Source of the DNA: Rhizophagus irregularis
Taxonomy: Eukaryota
NCBI RefSeq assembly: GCF_026210795.1
Contig: NC_089429.1
Location: forward strand, 4,402,001-4,466,000
DNA: 64,000 nucleotides
Direction: 5' to 3'
Each line of letters begins with the position of its first letter. The stretch's first letter is position 1. The notes under the pieces are model-generated. The model was not told where the DNA came from. It worked only from the letters and a program-made list of their open reading frames with translations, and did not search any database. Both the position numbers and the translations under genes were made by a program. Of this stretch, positions 1 to 14,300 are shown in pieces.

Positions 1-285
1 ATCTTTTTGGAATTTTGATATAGCGGATTTAACAGCATTATTAATAACAGTTTTAATTCCATTAGCTTTACTGGTACTTCCAGTAATACTTTTCAAATCA
101 ACATTCTTATATAAATTCTTTATAAGATTATTGCTGAAAGCATTAAAAAATGGTTTGATTTCCTTTGTATAAGCTGTTGCGAATCCTGATGCAACTCCTT
201 TACGGCATGTACTTTCACATGCTTCAATTGGACTTAAAGAGAACAAAATTGCCAAAATAGCAAATACGAGCACAAAGTATTTCAT
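1..285 (-). CDS. Secreted protein of unknown function, N-terminal 95 aa only (continues beyond window start)
   Basis: Own translation from ATG at 285 gives MKYFVLVFAILAILFSLSPIEA-CESTCRKGVASGFATAYTKEIKPFF...KFQKD, open to base 1. Clear signal peptide followed by CxxxC. Missing from the ORF track because no stop falls in the window. Confidence 0.85.
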   Translation of the reverse strand, partial: MKYFVLVFAILAILFSLSPIEACESTCRKGVASGFATAYTKEIKPFFNAFSNNLIKNLYKNVDLKSITGSTSKANGIKTVINNAVKSAISKFQKD

Positions 286-2386
286 TTTTCTTAAAGAGAA
301 CGTAATGATAAGAAAGGTTATAGAAGGAAGAAAAAAAAAAGGATTGATGGATTAAGGGTGATAATGGATGATACAAAGGAACAAAATAGGAGGAAACGAT
401 AGAATCAAAGGTATAATAATAAGGAAAGGGAATTAACCGAAAACAAGCAGTTAAACTTTTTTCGGTTATGGGAATTGAAGACACTTTTCCTGATGCATTA
501 ATTCGCTTCAATTTTATACGAAATTTTTTTACTTGAATACATGAATGAATGTGAGGAATGTTAAATAATTGGTTAATTTCATAAACTCAAAGTATTCATT
601 ATAATAGCATGAAAAAAGATGACAATAAATAAACTAATAAAAAACGAGGATGCACGAACAATTTATAGGACGATCAAAATCACAAAAGCCACAAAAAACA
701 ACAAATAACGGGTACAACTTGTGTTCCCACTATATACAGTGAACTTACAATGAGCAAAACTACGAATTATTTGATATTAATGGTCAAAAGCGAAGCGTTA
801 TATGTTTCTAAAAATATAAGTTCCGACTTCCGATTTCAAAAATAAATAAATAAATGATATAAACTTAATCGATTTCTTTTATGTGAAATAGATCGAATAA
901 AAGTTTATTCATGTTTTTGTTTCTCTTAATTTAGAACAAAGGTATATTAAAATAAATATATTAGGAAAATCGGCTTTCGATAGTCGATTTCGAATATGTA
1001 CCAATCATACCAATCAATAGGATGCAAATGTAGTGTTATATAAATTGAACATACCCGTCGAAATTTATAAGGATATTTCCAAAACGTGAATTATATATAT
1101 GGTATTTGGGCATTTTAATAAAGAAGTGGTGTTAATAACATTGTAGATCCCAATTATGAATTGGCGTAAATGAATTGAATTCGAATTATATTGTTGAGAT
1201 ATGTTCTCTTGAAATTATATCAACCATAAATATTATAAACTTAGATTAAATTTCAAGTTTCGTAAGAAATTCTAGATAGAATTTTTTTTAAAAAAAAAAA
1301 ATGAGGACGTATCTACGATATGTCAAATAAAAAATAAAAAAATAGTACTTTGCCTCATTAGACTTAGACTCATTTATGTTGATCGTACCGTTTTAATATT
1401 TAGTACCCTACATTAATAATAACCAATCAGAAATTAGAATAAAAATCCAAAAACCGAAATGGTTTACATAAACAAACAACTATTGCATCTTAAAAGTATT
1501 TCCGAACTTTAAAAATAAAATGAAACATTATTGGCTAATACAAACATACCCCTATCTAGAACTACTGTAGTGTAACAAAAATTAATATGGGTAAACAATA
1601 AAATTCTTTTTTCGTTTTTTAGAAAATTAAAATTGGTTATCTTTTATATATAAAGACTTTTAAAGGTAAACAATTGAACACATAAAACTTATAGTTATAA
1701 TTCATATTAATTTTTTTTAGTCAATGTTTTTATAAAAAAAAAAGGGTTTCATTGCTAATCTAAATAAATATATGTAAATAAAAAAATAATTTATATAAAA
1801 AATAAATTATTATTAATAATTAATAAATTACCATATAAAGTTATACGTCAAGTTAAAATTAATGTTTTAATAAAAAATATTTGTTTCGTCAGCATATGTT
1901 TTGTATGCATTTTAAGGACAATATATAATTCCAAAAAGAAGGGCGTAATTATTAATTAACACAGTGACAATTTTGGTAAATTTATGATCATTCGGTTCAT
2001 TTCGGTCGAAATTTTATAATAATCGTAACAAAATAATTATTAAAGAGTATCACACAAGTAATTGTCCTCATAAATTGTTAGGTTACACAAGAACAGCATA
2101 TGGTTAATAAAAAAACCAATCATGGCAATCACATTAGTTCATTCTTTCTTAAATTAGTTGGGTAATCAATTTATATGAACGGATAAACAAGATAAAGAAA
2201 ATTTTGTATGATTATGAAGTACAAGCGTTATTTTTGTTTATTTTTTTTGTTAAAAAAAAAATAGCTTATGAAACATTCTCCATAATTTACGAATTTCACT
2301 CTCTTTCTTGTATCAGTAAATTTTTTTTAACTTTTCAATTTTTAAAGAAGAAAATTACTCTCTTTTCATATGATCATAATATAAGG

Positions 2387-4003
2387 ATGATATCCATTAA
2401 ATATATAAAAATAATAATATTATCTACAATATTATTATTTAATACTCTTGTCAAAGGCTATGAACCATTGGCCCGTTATGGTCATGGTTCAATTGTTCTT
2501 GAAAATAATTTATATTTCTTTGGAGGTTATGTAAAAGAATCTGACGAAAAAGAAATTAATACAAATGATTTCTTTTATATAGATTTATCAAAGCAATTTG
2601 ACAGTTTAAATCCACAATATATTGACCTTAAACCGACTTCTAGTCCTCCAGTAAGATTTAGTCAAGGTTCACTTACACCTAATAATCAAGGAACTGGATT
2701 TCATGTTATCGGTGGTGTCTTGGATGATATTAATAATAATAAACCATTTTATGATAATTTTGTTTATGAATACGAAGAAACCACAAATTCATGGTCCGTA
2801 CCAAAAATTACTAATTCTCCAAAATATTCCCAATTAAAAGAATTTGTTTCTGTTTTTGATGATGGAAAATCTTATATTTTTGGTGGAATTAACGCTGATA
2901 ATCCAAAAACGATTTTAGAAATGCAAATATTTGATAGTGAATCTTTAACTTGGTCTTTGGCTTCAAATAAAATACCAAATTTACAGGCTTTATCCGGTTA
3001 TACTGCTACTTTACTACCTGATGGTACTATTGTATATATTGGAGGTGCATCTAATCCCTTATCCGACGTACGTTATTTATTTATTATAAAAAAAAAGAAA
3101 AGAAAAATTTTCTAAAAAAAAAAACAAAAATTAATTTATTTTTTTTTAGATTTATATATATGATACAAGAAATGATATGTGGAAATATACGAAAATTGAC
3201 GCAGAAGGAATAGATCCAAGAAGTGGACATACTGCGGTACTAGGTAGATATTTTATTTTAAAAAATCTCCTTTCTTTTATTTTTTTCAAAGAAATTTTTC
3301 TTACTAAATGTATTGTTTTTTTAATATTTATAGCTTCTGATAATCGAATAATTGTTTATGGAGGAGTACGTGATGATAATTCTGAAGCTCTTCCCCAATT
3401 AGTTGTATTAGATACAAATGATTATAAATGGATAGCCCCAAAAATTGAGGAGACAGAGTCACGTGCTCATCATATGGCTAATTTGGTTAACGATTATATG
3501 ATCATTTCATTTGGTAAATTTCTACTTTTTTTTTCCAACTTACCGTTTAAGCGTTGCATACAATTATCCGTACTAATAAAATATTTTGTTTTTTAATAGG
3601 TAAATTTTCGAAATCTAATAGTCTTAGCAATGAGATACAAATATTAGATACAAGAACATACGAATGGGTTGATTCAATTTCATTTGAACCAACAAAATCA
3701 GCAAATTCGATTTTCCTAACGAGTAATGAAACATCAGAAACAGTTTTTCCAACTTACGTAATGAGTGATGATCTGAGCTCAGGATCAGATAAAGGATCAA
3801 ATTCTTTTTTTTCAAAAGTTCCAAAATACTTTCAAGCGGTTATCTTCTGTTTGGGTGGTCTCATTGTTATAACAATAATATTTTTAACATATTACAATAT
3901 TAGACGAAAGAAAAAAGCCAAAACTAGACATCTCAGTGTATTACCTTATACCAATTGTAATGAAGAAGCAAAAGAAGATATAATACGTGAATATGCACAT
4001 TGA
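2387..4003 (+). CDS. Signal peptide + Kelch/galactose-oxidase-type beta-propeller + single TM helix, about 452 aa, 4 exons (2387-3067, 3150-3243, 3334-3513, 3600-4003)
   Basis: Three ORF pieces join in frame through GT-AG introns. Kelch motifs RYGH, YFFGG, YIFGG, RSGHTA and IVYGG; hydrophobic N-terminus; TM segment AVIFCLGGLIVITIIFLTYY followed by RRKKK. Confidence 0.88.
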
Positions 4004-4345
4004 ATTAATTTTTATTAACAAATGGTATCATAGATGATTAATTTAATTTGTAATGTAATAATAGTGTTTAGATAACGTGAAATGAAATGTGTATAGACGT
4101 AAAATAAATATAATATCGTAGTGAATATAGTTTATAATTATCGAAATTATATATTAAAACGATTCGCCTATTTTTTTTGATTTTCTCTCTCATTGTCATC
4201 ATTAGATGCATATATTAAAAAGCTAATTCAATAATATAAAATATATAATTATATGTTTATTCTAAAATTCTAATATCTAATATATTTATCATAATAACTT
4301 GTAACGCTTACATTAAACATTTCTTAGCATGTCACGATTGTCACG

Positions 4346-5861
4346 TCACACGCTTCTCCACAAAGTTGAAATATTCTTGATTTTGTTATTTCCAGAATTT
4401 TTCAATTTGTCCCTAGCATATCTAATACGTCTAGTGTACCTACTTTGTATTCTTGCACATCCTATAGGTCCAGAAACAAACCAATCAGCATTAATTAAAA
4501 CCAATTTATCAAAAATTCCTTGTATTCCGCTTCCTTTTAACTCTTTATTGATTTTTTCATCTTGATCACTCTTTAAATCGTCCAAAGCATTTAAAGATAT
4601 CCAAGTGTTTAATTTAATAGTACTATTAAGCATACGCATAGCTTGATGATGTTCTTCTTTAATATTAAAAAAACTAGAAGATTGAGCTTTACCTTGTAAA
4701 GGATAATCAGTAGCAAGATAAATATTATCTATTTTATTATCTCTAGAGAAATCTTTTATCCAATCAATCAAATTTTTTGCACATTTTGTCATTAATTTAG
4801 GTTTACCTTTTTCAAATCTCCAATGTATTGCAAGATAATTACCAAGTTTTTTTGTAATATTTTGTTGAATATCAATTATTTTTTTTGAATAAGGTATGAC
4901 GGGAAATTTTATTGTATCAGCAAATAAAAGTGTTGATAAATGATGTGTCATTAATAATACTTTGGAATTAGTTTGTAATTCACTTTTCATAAAATTTTCA
5001 ATTTTCATATTATCTTTTGTAGGAGGATATAAAACATTTACACCTAAATAAATTGTTTTAAATTTGGTGGTGACAGAATCTAATTTTAAATCAAATTGAT
5101 TTAAACATTCTTTATTATTTAAAGTCTTAATGGTACGAATTGTAGGTTCTTCATATTCAACTACAAATGGTTTTTCTCTTGGTATTATATTAGCGTGATA
5201 TGTATCAGGTTTTTCATCCAATTCTTTTGTCCATTTCATAAAATCTTGTTGTGTTATAAATTGTGCCATAGGAAAGATTTTTTGTAATCCATCCACGTCA
5301 TAATAAAATGAAAATGAGAATGGGAGACATACATGCATTCTTGATCCACCAACATTTGGTAAGACTATCGTACGATTTAAACGTTGAGCTATTTGTACGA
5401 ATGATTCAAAATGCATATTTGCCTGAGATTCTTGTTCTAATGGATGATAAGCCAATAGGAATCTACACTCGTCTTTGCCACAATATTTTCTATTAATTTT
5501 CACGTCATGTGATGATTCATTTGTTAGTTGAACTTTTATCCTTTCTAAACCTTGTATTTTCGATATCTAATCGAAGAAAAAAAAAAAATTAGAATCTTTT
5601 TATTTATTAAATAAGGTAAAATAATATCATCTAACAACAACTTACATTAGTTCCATCATCATTCAACGCGTTGTTAATTTGTTCAAAAATTAAATTTATA
5701 AAAGAATTTAATAACGTTAATATAATGAATATTATTATTAATTTTTTAATCCGTGAAAAAATTTGTTTTCGACTTATTATTTTGATGTTATTAATCTTGT
5801 TATTATTATTGTTGTTGTTGTTATTATTATTTTCAATCATTTTTTTTTTCGTATATTTCAT
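4346..5861 (-). CDS. GDP-fucose O-fucosyltransferase family protein (O-FucT), type II membrane, about 478 aa, 2 exons (5861-5646, 5566-4346)
   Basis: GTAAG...TTAG intron 5645-5567 joins a poly-Asn/TM exon in frame to the catalytic exon. Motifs LNRTIVLP, YLAIHWRFE, IYLATD and DKLVLINADWFV. Confidence 0.85.
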
Positions 5862-7788
5862 TTATATAATTAAATAAATTCTGAAGAAAAGTAAGAAAAA
5901 ATTTATTTTTCTTAAAATTCATTTTAAATGCTTGATTTGTCGTGTTTAAATATAATTTTATTTTACATTAAAAAAAAAAGATAAAGAATTTTTTTTTTTT
6001 TTTTTGTTTGATATAATTGGTAATAAAACAAAAACAAACTGTTTGGAATTAATAAATGCCAAGAAATGCAATCTTGAAAGAAATTATAATTCTATTGGAT
6101 GATCTATTTATTTAATTTTTTTTCTCTTAAAATAGACAATATTTTTATCGATCAATTAAATCATTTTTCGAACATTTTTTTTTTTTAAAAAAAAAGATTC
6201 TTGTAGTTGATGGTGGGGTTTTCAAATAATTTTTTTTTTTTTAAGATTTGTACTATAATTTTTAAAAAATTTGATAGTTGATTCATTTTTTATTTTTTGA
6301 TTTTTTATATTTTATATTTTTTTTTTATTTTTAATTATCGCAATTTGAGTTCGGACGAAAAATTTTTAATTTGTGATATTTGTGATATAATTATTTTTAT
6401 TTGTCGCTTTACATGCGGTCGTACTGCGGTTGTACTTTTATTTGTTAACGTTAAATACCAATAGATTATTAAAAATTTGATATAATTATGGAATATACTT
6501 GTTAAAATTTTAAAGAATCCACAAAAAAAAAATCGAATTCGATTTACAACTGGATGCGAAAAACCTAGTGTTTGGATAACTATTGCTCAAATTGAAAAGC
6601 CGAAATTAACCCAAATATGTCATGGTAAGTCCATTATTTTTTTTTCTTTTTCTCATAAGAGGCTTATATGTCTGATTAAGTAAATTATTATATAGGTTAT
6701 GTATAGGGAAACCAGCAATTTGATAAATACCTTGGAGGTAGGGAATTATACGTTTGACGATATTTTCAAGGTCGACGAGAGGTAGAACGAAAAAAATAGT
6801 TAATTACTTATTGTAGACGTCATATCACAGAATCCAAACCAAATATATCAATGAATATCAACGGGTCAGTCGGGTCACGGCATAAATTTACTACTCTGCC
6901 GTAGACTAACACGAAAGATGGATCTAAATATATAGTTCTTTCCTTTTTTGAATAGCTACAGCTGAAGAAGCATACCATTGGTTGGCATGGTTGGCATATT
7001 TTTTTTTCTTAACCATGTGATCTATAATATCATGACGTCATTAAAATTACGCCCTTTTTTTCTTTTTTTTTAAAAAAATTAGATAGATAATAGTAATAAA
7101 TAGGTACCCATCTTAATTACAACATATTTCGATCAGACACTTGATCTTGTGATTATATGCTACCGCATTCATAGCTTTAGTTTTTAATTACTATCGATAT
7201 TACTTTTCCACTCGTCATTTAATCGTTTAGTGTGTTTTCCCCACTCAATACTTTTTTTGAAATCTAAATAAATAATTGTTACTTTAGAAATTTTTTTTCT
7301 GTTACGTCATCACTCCATCATTATAAAATAAATTACTAACCATAAAAATATCTATTCATATAACCTGGGGGTGTTGATTAATTCCAAGTTAAAAATCATG
7401 ATCATCTAAGCATGTTAATCATCAACATTAACTAATTCACGCACATGAAACACGTGATCGTTAAAATTTCTATGGGAACGCCACTTGACACTTGAAGCCG
7501 TTTTACAATGTTCCAATTATGCCTAGAGATGCGAATCCTTACTAACCTAGTCTTTCTTCTACGGGGCTTGATGCGCATATTCATAGGTTACGTAAATCTA
7601 CTTGAAATAAAAAAAGACTAGGTAAGTAATCCAATCTCACAATATCTCTTAATAAATTAAAAAAAGGTTTCACTCGGAACACGCAATTTATTTATTAAAA
7701 AAAAAGGAAGAAAAAAAAACCTTTATTAATATGAAATGATATAATACAAAAAATATTCAAATGAAATAATTATACTCTATTCACTCTA

Positions 7789-9612
7789 TCAATAAAATAC
7801 ATGACTAACATATTGCCTTAATACTCCATATCGATGATACATCTTGCAAACTTCTTCCATTTTTCCTGTAAAATGAACAGTAGGGTTCCAATAAAAACAA
7901 ACAGGTCTAGATATTTTCTCACGACTTTCTAAAAATTTTTCAAACGCCTCCGCTGATATTTTCCATCCATCAGATATTCTTAGATTATGTAAACTTTGTG
8001 GTTGTTTCTCCGTAATCTCCTTTAATATGACATCAAAATTCATCTTTCTATCAGTAGTATTTCCTTGATTCGATGGTGATGTTGCTTGATTTATCGTATC
8101 AGAAATTCCTTTTGATGGTCGTAGATGTAAGGATTTTAATTTATTACAAGATTGTAATAATTTCGTCAATTCCTTTATATTTTCTTGTAAGATAGGTCCC
8201 TCATATAATAAAATATCTGGACAATATTGTGCGATATTATCGATCAATAATCCGGAATTTTTAGGATCTGATAACTTGTGACTATGTATTATAATGTGTT
8301 GTAACTTTTTACAATTTTTAATAAAATTTGCAAATATATCAAGATATATTGTTGAATTAACACTACAAAAGTAAAATAATTTTAACTTTTTTAAAGAAAC
8401 CCCTGTTAATTGAATCCATTTGGATCGTGGATAATCTTGATCACCAAATGATGATAAAATTAATTCTTCAAGGTTCACAAAATTTGATAATTCTTCAATA
8501 GGAAAATACATTCTACCAATAGTTAAACGTGTTATAAATTGTGCTTTTTTAATTATTTCGTAAGGAGCGCCGTTTGTATTTTTCCAAGATATTTGTCGAA
8601 TATTTCCGGATGTAAGATTTTCTTCCATACTTATTGTTGATAAATATTTTTGAACGTTAATTAATTTAGATAATTCATTTATATCTTCATATGGATGAAT
8701 TTCTAATTGTTGAATATTTCGACTATAATTTGAAAGTGTTGATACTATTTTAGCCATAAATTTAGTCGTATTAACGGTTGATCCACAAGTGAATGTTCTT
8801 AATTTTTTTAAAACTTTCTTTGCTTCAGGGATTTCGGTTATCACATTCGCTAAAATTTCGGGAACTATAATTCCTGAACCTGCGTTTAAATTATATAAAA
8901 CGCTAGATTTTCTAAAGAAAAGTCTCATTAATTCTTGAATAACTATAAATATTTTTTTTCTAAGAGTAGGATTTATTACTATAACCCTCCCATTTTCAAT
9001 AGTAACTCCTGTAACCAATAAAATCCAAAAAATAACATGAACTTCCAAAGAACAAATATGCAAACCCTTTAAAAAACATGAGTAATCAAAAACCGGATTC
9101 TTAGTAATACATGGTGGTTTTATTCCAGCTCGAGATAAGATATCCTTTGAAGATTGTGGTAACGTTGCGACATACGTCGTTATTAATCCGGTACGCCATC
9201 TATCCGAACCGGTTCCCGAGTTCTTGATGTAAAACCAAGGATTTCTCCATAGGATAGGAAGTGCATATATACACCAAAAACGACTCACTAATGCACAACA
9301 AAATAATGAATTTGAGTCCTCGGCAAGTAATTCAAAAATTCGTATTAGACAATGTTCATTGAGGATAGGTGTTGAATTAGTAATTACTCTTTTCGGGTTA
9401 ATCCTCCTAAGTGTAGAAACAAGAATTATTATATTATGATCAAAGGATTATCAATCTTTAGAAAAAATTATAGAATAAACACACCTCACTTATCTTTTAA
9501 AACAAATCAAATTTTATTAAGGTAGAAATTGCCTTGCTCAATTAATCTTACAAAAAAAATAAACATACCTTGAATGGTACCAATGTAAGTGAGGGATTAT
9601 TCTCGTTGACAT
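7789..9612 (-). CDS. F-box + leucine-rich-repeat (RNI-like) protein, about 553 aa, exons 9612-9569 and 9406-7789
   Basis: The frame upstream of the listed ORF reads PILNEHCLIRIFELLAEDSNSLFCCALVSRFWCIYALPILW (F-box). A phase-compatible GTATGT...TTAG intron spans 9568-9407. LxxLxL repeats follow. The first exon is less certain than the second. Confidence 0.8.
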
Positions 9613-11768
9613 TGTCGTATATTTACGTACTAGTTTCGAAGATAGAAAATGAGAATTCAATATTTGGAAATTTGTAATTATTTTAAAATATTCAAAAAGA
9701 TATTATCATACCAATACGAAAAGTTGCTTCCTTCTATTTAATCTATTAAGAAATCAGTGAAAAGCGTAATAATTATGAAATTATTATCTTTTTAAAAGTA
9801 ATTATTTTCAAATAAAATTTGTGCGAGGTCTATGATAACAAAATTTATCGTTAGTTCTTGTAATTTTTTGATTTGTTACTTAAAAATGATGTCATCATTA
9901 ATTAGCTAAGAAAATTTTAAATAACTTGCCTTAAACGATAAGAGAAAAATTTTAACGTAAATGAATGAATTAAAATGAAAATGATTGATTATGATAAAAA
10001 ATTTCAGATTAAAAAAAAAAACCATGTATATATAAATGATGATAAACGGACTCCTTTTAAAGAAATTTTTTTATGTAATATATTTGAAACGGTTTGTATC
10101 AATTTTTTTTTTTTTTAGACAAAAAGATTTTTTTTTTTTTAAGTTGAAATCCAAAAAGTGGGAGAAAAAAAAATTTTTTTTTTTTCAGTATGCAAGAAGA
10201 ATGTTACATTATTACCATTTTCTGATAAATGAAAGGCATTTAGTCATGTACTACCAAACGGTTACAGTTACACGTGATTTATTTTTTTGAATACTTTAGG
10301 CTGTTAGGCTGTTAGTATTAAATAGATAAAATGAAACAATGGATAAATTTTTTTTATTGTTCATTTCTTTTTTCGTAAATAAATCAAAGAATTTATCGTT
10401 AAATACTGATACTTTTACGTCAATAATAGTTAGTGAAAACCCTAACCCTGTCGCTAAATTAAAGTTTCATTGATAATAGTTTAACCTATGATAGGCGACA
10501 TCTATAAATTGTTAAACCAATAGCATTCATCCAGACAAATTAATCATTTATGTAAAAACCAATACAGTTTAATTAGTAAGTTATTATTGAATACAAATTA
10601 AGAAATATAACAATTCAAAAAAGAAAAGTTTCCCTTGAATAACAGAATTTCTTTCGTTCGTTAATGTAAATTGATTTAGTGTAACTAATATGTGCCTTTT
10701 CTCTGATAAGTTAAATCTTTCACAATTAATATTTCCTTAAAAAGCACATAAAAGCAAGGAGATTTGATTGGTCGATCAACCTAAACAAAAAAAGCTTGAA
10801 TTCCCGTGAAATTTACCAACTTTTTCAGCCCGATTTCTGATAATAAACTTTTTTAACTCATCTATTCAACTTACGATCATTAAATGGACAGGTTTGTGTT
10901 TACTTATATTAGTGTATACACAAACGCAATAATCGGATCATTTATCAAATCGTATGATTCAGATATTTGATCATCAAAGCACTAATCTAAATTCGAAATT
11001 AAAATATGAAAAATCCGTAAGTTTGTGAGAAATAAATAAATGTACCTTTTTTTTTATAGTGATAAAAAAGTGGGATGTAGTTTAGCCGAAAAAACGTAGA
11101 CCTGGTTTGTTTGATTATCCGGTGCCGGAAATCTCAATTAATTCCGGATGATCGGCAATCAGTTGTTCTGCGGGTTTAAATTCCGAGATATTGGGAAAAT
11201 CACCGTATTTAGCGAAAAATTCCTTTAATATGTGGAAGAGTCTTTGAAATAAAAGATAATATGATTAAAAGCTTTTTATGTTTCAAGTTTAGTTTTAAAC
11301 TTTCAGAAATGTATTATAAAAAAATTATTCAGAATATTAATTGCACGAAAAACAAAAAAAAAAATATTTATTTATTTGAATCAGAGAATGAATTTGTTGG
11401 TCAAAGTAATAATAACTTCTTTACTATTGGTTAATTATTGAATCGGCTAATTATCTATTATGGCACTTCATGAAACCTTTTAAAATATTTTTTTTTTTCG
11501 GTACAGCAAAACAAGTTTCTAGCTAGTAACGACGCGTATTACTGTAAAAAAAATCGCACTGTACTCCTTTAAGATTACAATTAAATATCCAACTCAATAT
11601 ATAAATTTCGTAATACGTAGATTCATTTAATTTTATAAAAATCAGCATATCAAAATGTTAAAAATAATAAATTTAAATTTAGAATTTCCTTATTTACAGT
11701 TTATACACATTTTTAAGTAAATCAGTCTAAGCGAATTAAGATTAGCATATTATCATTATAAAAAAATT

Positions 11769-12014
11769 CCTTGTGAAAAATTTTATCCGTAATTTCCATA
11801 AAAACTATAAAAACTCCGTGAATATGGTCCATTTACGGAAAAATAAAAAAAGCAACGTGAATACTCTATAAAAATTTTTCGGAAAATGATCACGTGTTGA
11901 GTTTCTTCGGAATAAAAACTGGAGTTTTTTCCAGAATTTTTTTTATAGGGATATTATACATTTATGGAAATAACTCGGAATAAAAAAAAACCACGGAATA
12001 AATTTTTTATAGGG
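11769..12014. mobile_element. MITE of the CCCT(A/G)TAAAAA terminal-repeat family, outer element carrying a nested copy
   Basis: Left end CCTTGTGAAAAATTTTATCCG, right end GGAATAAATTTTTTATAGGG; flanks ATT/ATG; interior resembles 12415-12588 and 23578-23724. Confidence 0.65.
11864..11950. mobile_element. Short nested MITE with 3-bp TSD ATA
   Basis: ata|CTCTATAAAAATTTTTCGGAAAA...TTTTCCAGAATTTTTTTTATAGGG|ata; a related copy in reverse orientation lies at about 51381-51471. Confidence 0.7.
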
Positions 12015-12414
12015 ATGTCATATTCTAAAGTTTTTAATTTAAAATTATCTAAAAGCCATTTGAATAAAACGCGCTAATATAAACGCTTACGGTTAAACCC
12101 TGGTATAAATATAAAAAACTTATGTGTTGAAGAGTTCGAAAATAATTTCAAAAAAAAATTTTTAATGAATCGGAACGCTTTTGTTAAATTTGTGGTTCAA
12201 TTAAAAGCTTAGTTTTTTGAAAGGTGTGAGATAATTTTGATTTTCGATAGACCATTTTTCCGCCTATTCCGATTTTCTGAATACCAATTTTGATACAAAA
12301 ATTGCTATTATAATCATGCGACATTTTAAAATTAATTTGTGCAAAGCCATCTTATAACAGAAAGGCACACGAGAGGCACACATTCGATGGACGTTTAATA
12401 ATTTTTCACACTCG

Positions 12415-12588
12415 CCCTATGAAAATTTTATCCGTTATTTCTGTAAAACTCCATAACCTTTCACGGATCCATTCACGGAAAATGAAAATAATTCGATAAA
12501 TTCCGTGATATAAGGTTATTAATTCCGAAATATGAGCTTTTTACGGAAAAAAGATGGAATATAAAAAACGGATAGACTGTTTACAGGG
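12415..12588. mobile_element. MITE, CCCT(A/G)T family, 3-bp TSD TCG
   Basis: tcg|CCCTATGAAAATTTTATCCG...CGGATAGACTGTTTACAGGG|tcg. Confidence 0.75.
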
Positions 12589-12889
12589 TCGGGTTTTTGG
12601 CAAATATATGCAGTTCTCGAAAAGTAATCGGAAATTACAAAAATGCAAAAAATGGCTGCCGAAACGGTAGGCGATTAACATTTTTATAAAAAATTATTTT
12701 AGAGATTTTTTTTTCAGAATATTATGATATTAATTGCTAAGCAACTTTATTTTTCTGAAACATTATTCACGAAAAAGTAAATAAAAAAAAAGATTAATGT
12801 ATTATAAATAATGAGATAAATTTAAAGGATTTCTTTATGTATTTAGTATGTATAACAACAATAAAATAACTAAATGGAATAAATAATTT

Positions 12890-13082
12890 TTCGGCGAAAT
12901 ATCGCTTCGGCGAAATGGAATTCGGTGAAATGGAATTCGATGAAATGGTATTTCGGCGAACGTCCTTTCGGCGAAATATTCCTTCGGCAAAATGGATTTC
13001 GGCAAAATGGACTTCGGTAAAATGGACTTTGGCAAATGGATTTCGGCAAAATGAATGGATTTCGGCGCAAAGTCCTGATACC
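12890..13082. repeat. About 12 degenerate 15-bp tandem units (TTCGGCGAAATGGAN), probably a DNA-transposon subterminal array
   Basis: Units are directly visible and end abruptly in GCAAAGTCCTGATACC. The repeat explains four overlapping spurious ORFs. Confidence 0.8.
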
Positions 13083-14300
13083 AATTTTACATGCATAATC
13101 TTCGCAACATTTAACAACAAATTTGCAAATTTGAAACCATTCTAACCACTGATTTTTCATTTGTTGCACTTTTTGTAATTCTGATTAGTACTTTTTCGAG
13201 AATTATAGAGATTTATTTCTGAATTTTCTTTTTACCATTTTTTTTGATTTATTTTCTAATTTTTCTTTTCCAAAATTCCCATTCCTTTTTTTTGGAACTC
13301 ATTTTCCCTCTCTTTGCGATGTTGCACTTTTCGCGTAAAATTGCGTTTTTACTTTTATTGCGTTACTTTATGTGACCTTGCATTAGTTTAGGTTCTGTTT
13401 CACGATACTCTTTGAGTTTCACTTGATAAAAATAAAGATAAAAATAAAATATAATTAAGAACACTTATACTAATGAAATCAAACTTTGTATCATGTAACC
13501 CAGACACAATGAATAAAATAAGGTTTTTAAAATGAATTCATGATTCTCCCATGAAAATATTTATTTATTTTTATGTCAAGTGACATAATTACAAAATTTC
13601 TCAACGTACATTATCTGGTATATTAAATAAACTAAGGAACGGAATCTGTTGTTTAAGCAAGTCTGGAACAATAGTATATAAAGATCAAAGTTTTTAAAGT
13701 TTTTTTTTGTCCATTGACAAATATGGTATACCATAGATATTTCTTTATCGAGATCATTGTGCAATTACAGCAAACCAATCATCTATCGATTCATGCTTCA
13801 TGGTATGCGAGCAGCGAACAAGGAACTTTCTGTATCACCGTATCCTGAATTCTATAGTACAGAGCGAACCGAGGGACTAATAATTTTATCTAACTTTAGA
13901 ATAGATGATCATTTAAATTGAATCACTATAATCAATGGCCGAATCAAAAAAGAAAGCTAAATATATTGCATTAATTCGATTTAGAAAGATGAATATGTCA
14001 AAATATGCCTATATGAATTCTGTCACACAAATTAAATGTTTCACAAATTGATCTTGTGTGTATCAGCTGACGTACACATTATTCATATGACTAGTTTGAT
14101 GATGATCTGATGATCAGTATTTACTCCTTAAGTAAAAGATTCAACGTAAAATAAAATAACCGATTTGAATTTTTTTTGAAAGCAGCTGCTAAAACAAAGG
14201 TGGTACAAATCTAAATTTATAAAATCACCTACTAATTTGTTTTATTCTGAAATGAAATTTTTTCACCTAAAAAATTAATTTTTTTTTTTTTAAAAAAAAA

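Noticed and set aside
224..511. 95-aa minus-strand ORF from the track
   Set aside because: Low-complexity translation that overlaps the better-supported signal-peptide gene starting at 285 in another frame.
6490..6990. Splice-site-like pattern (GTAAGT at 6625, TTGTAG near 6816) on the plus strand
   Set aside because: I could not assemble an ATG-initiated frame or recognisable protein; at most a lncRNA or remnant.
12890..13082. CRISPR-like array, or the repetitive ORFs at 12794-13169
   Set aside because: Units are contiguous 15-mers with no unique spacers, the context is eukaryotic with no cas genes, and the ORFs are by-products of the repeat.
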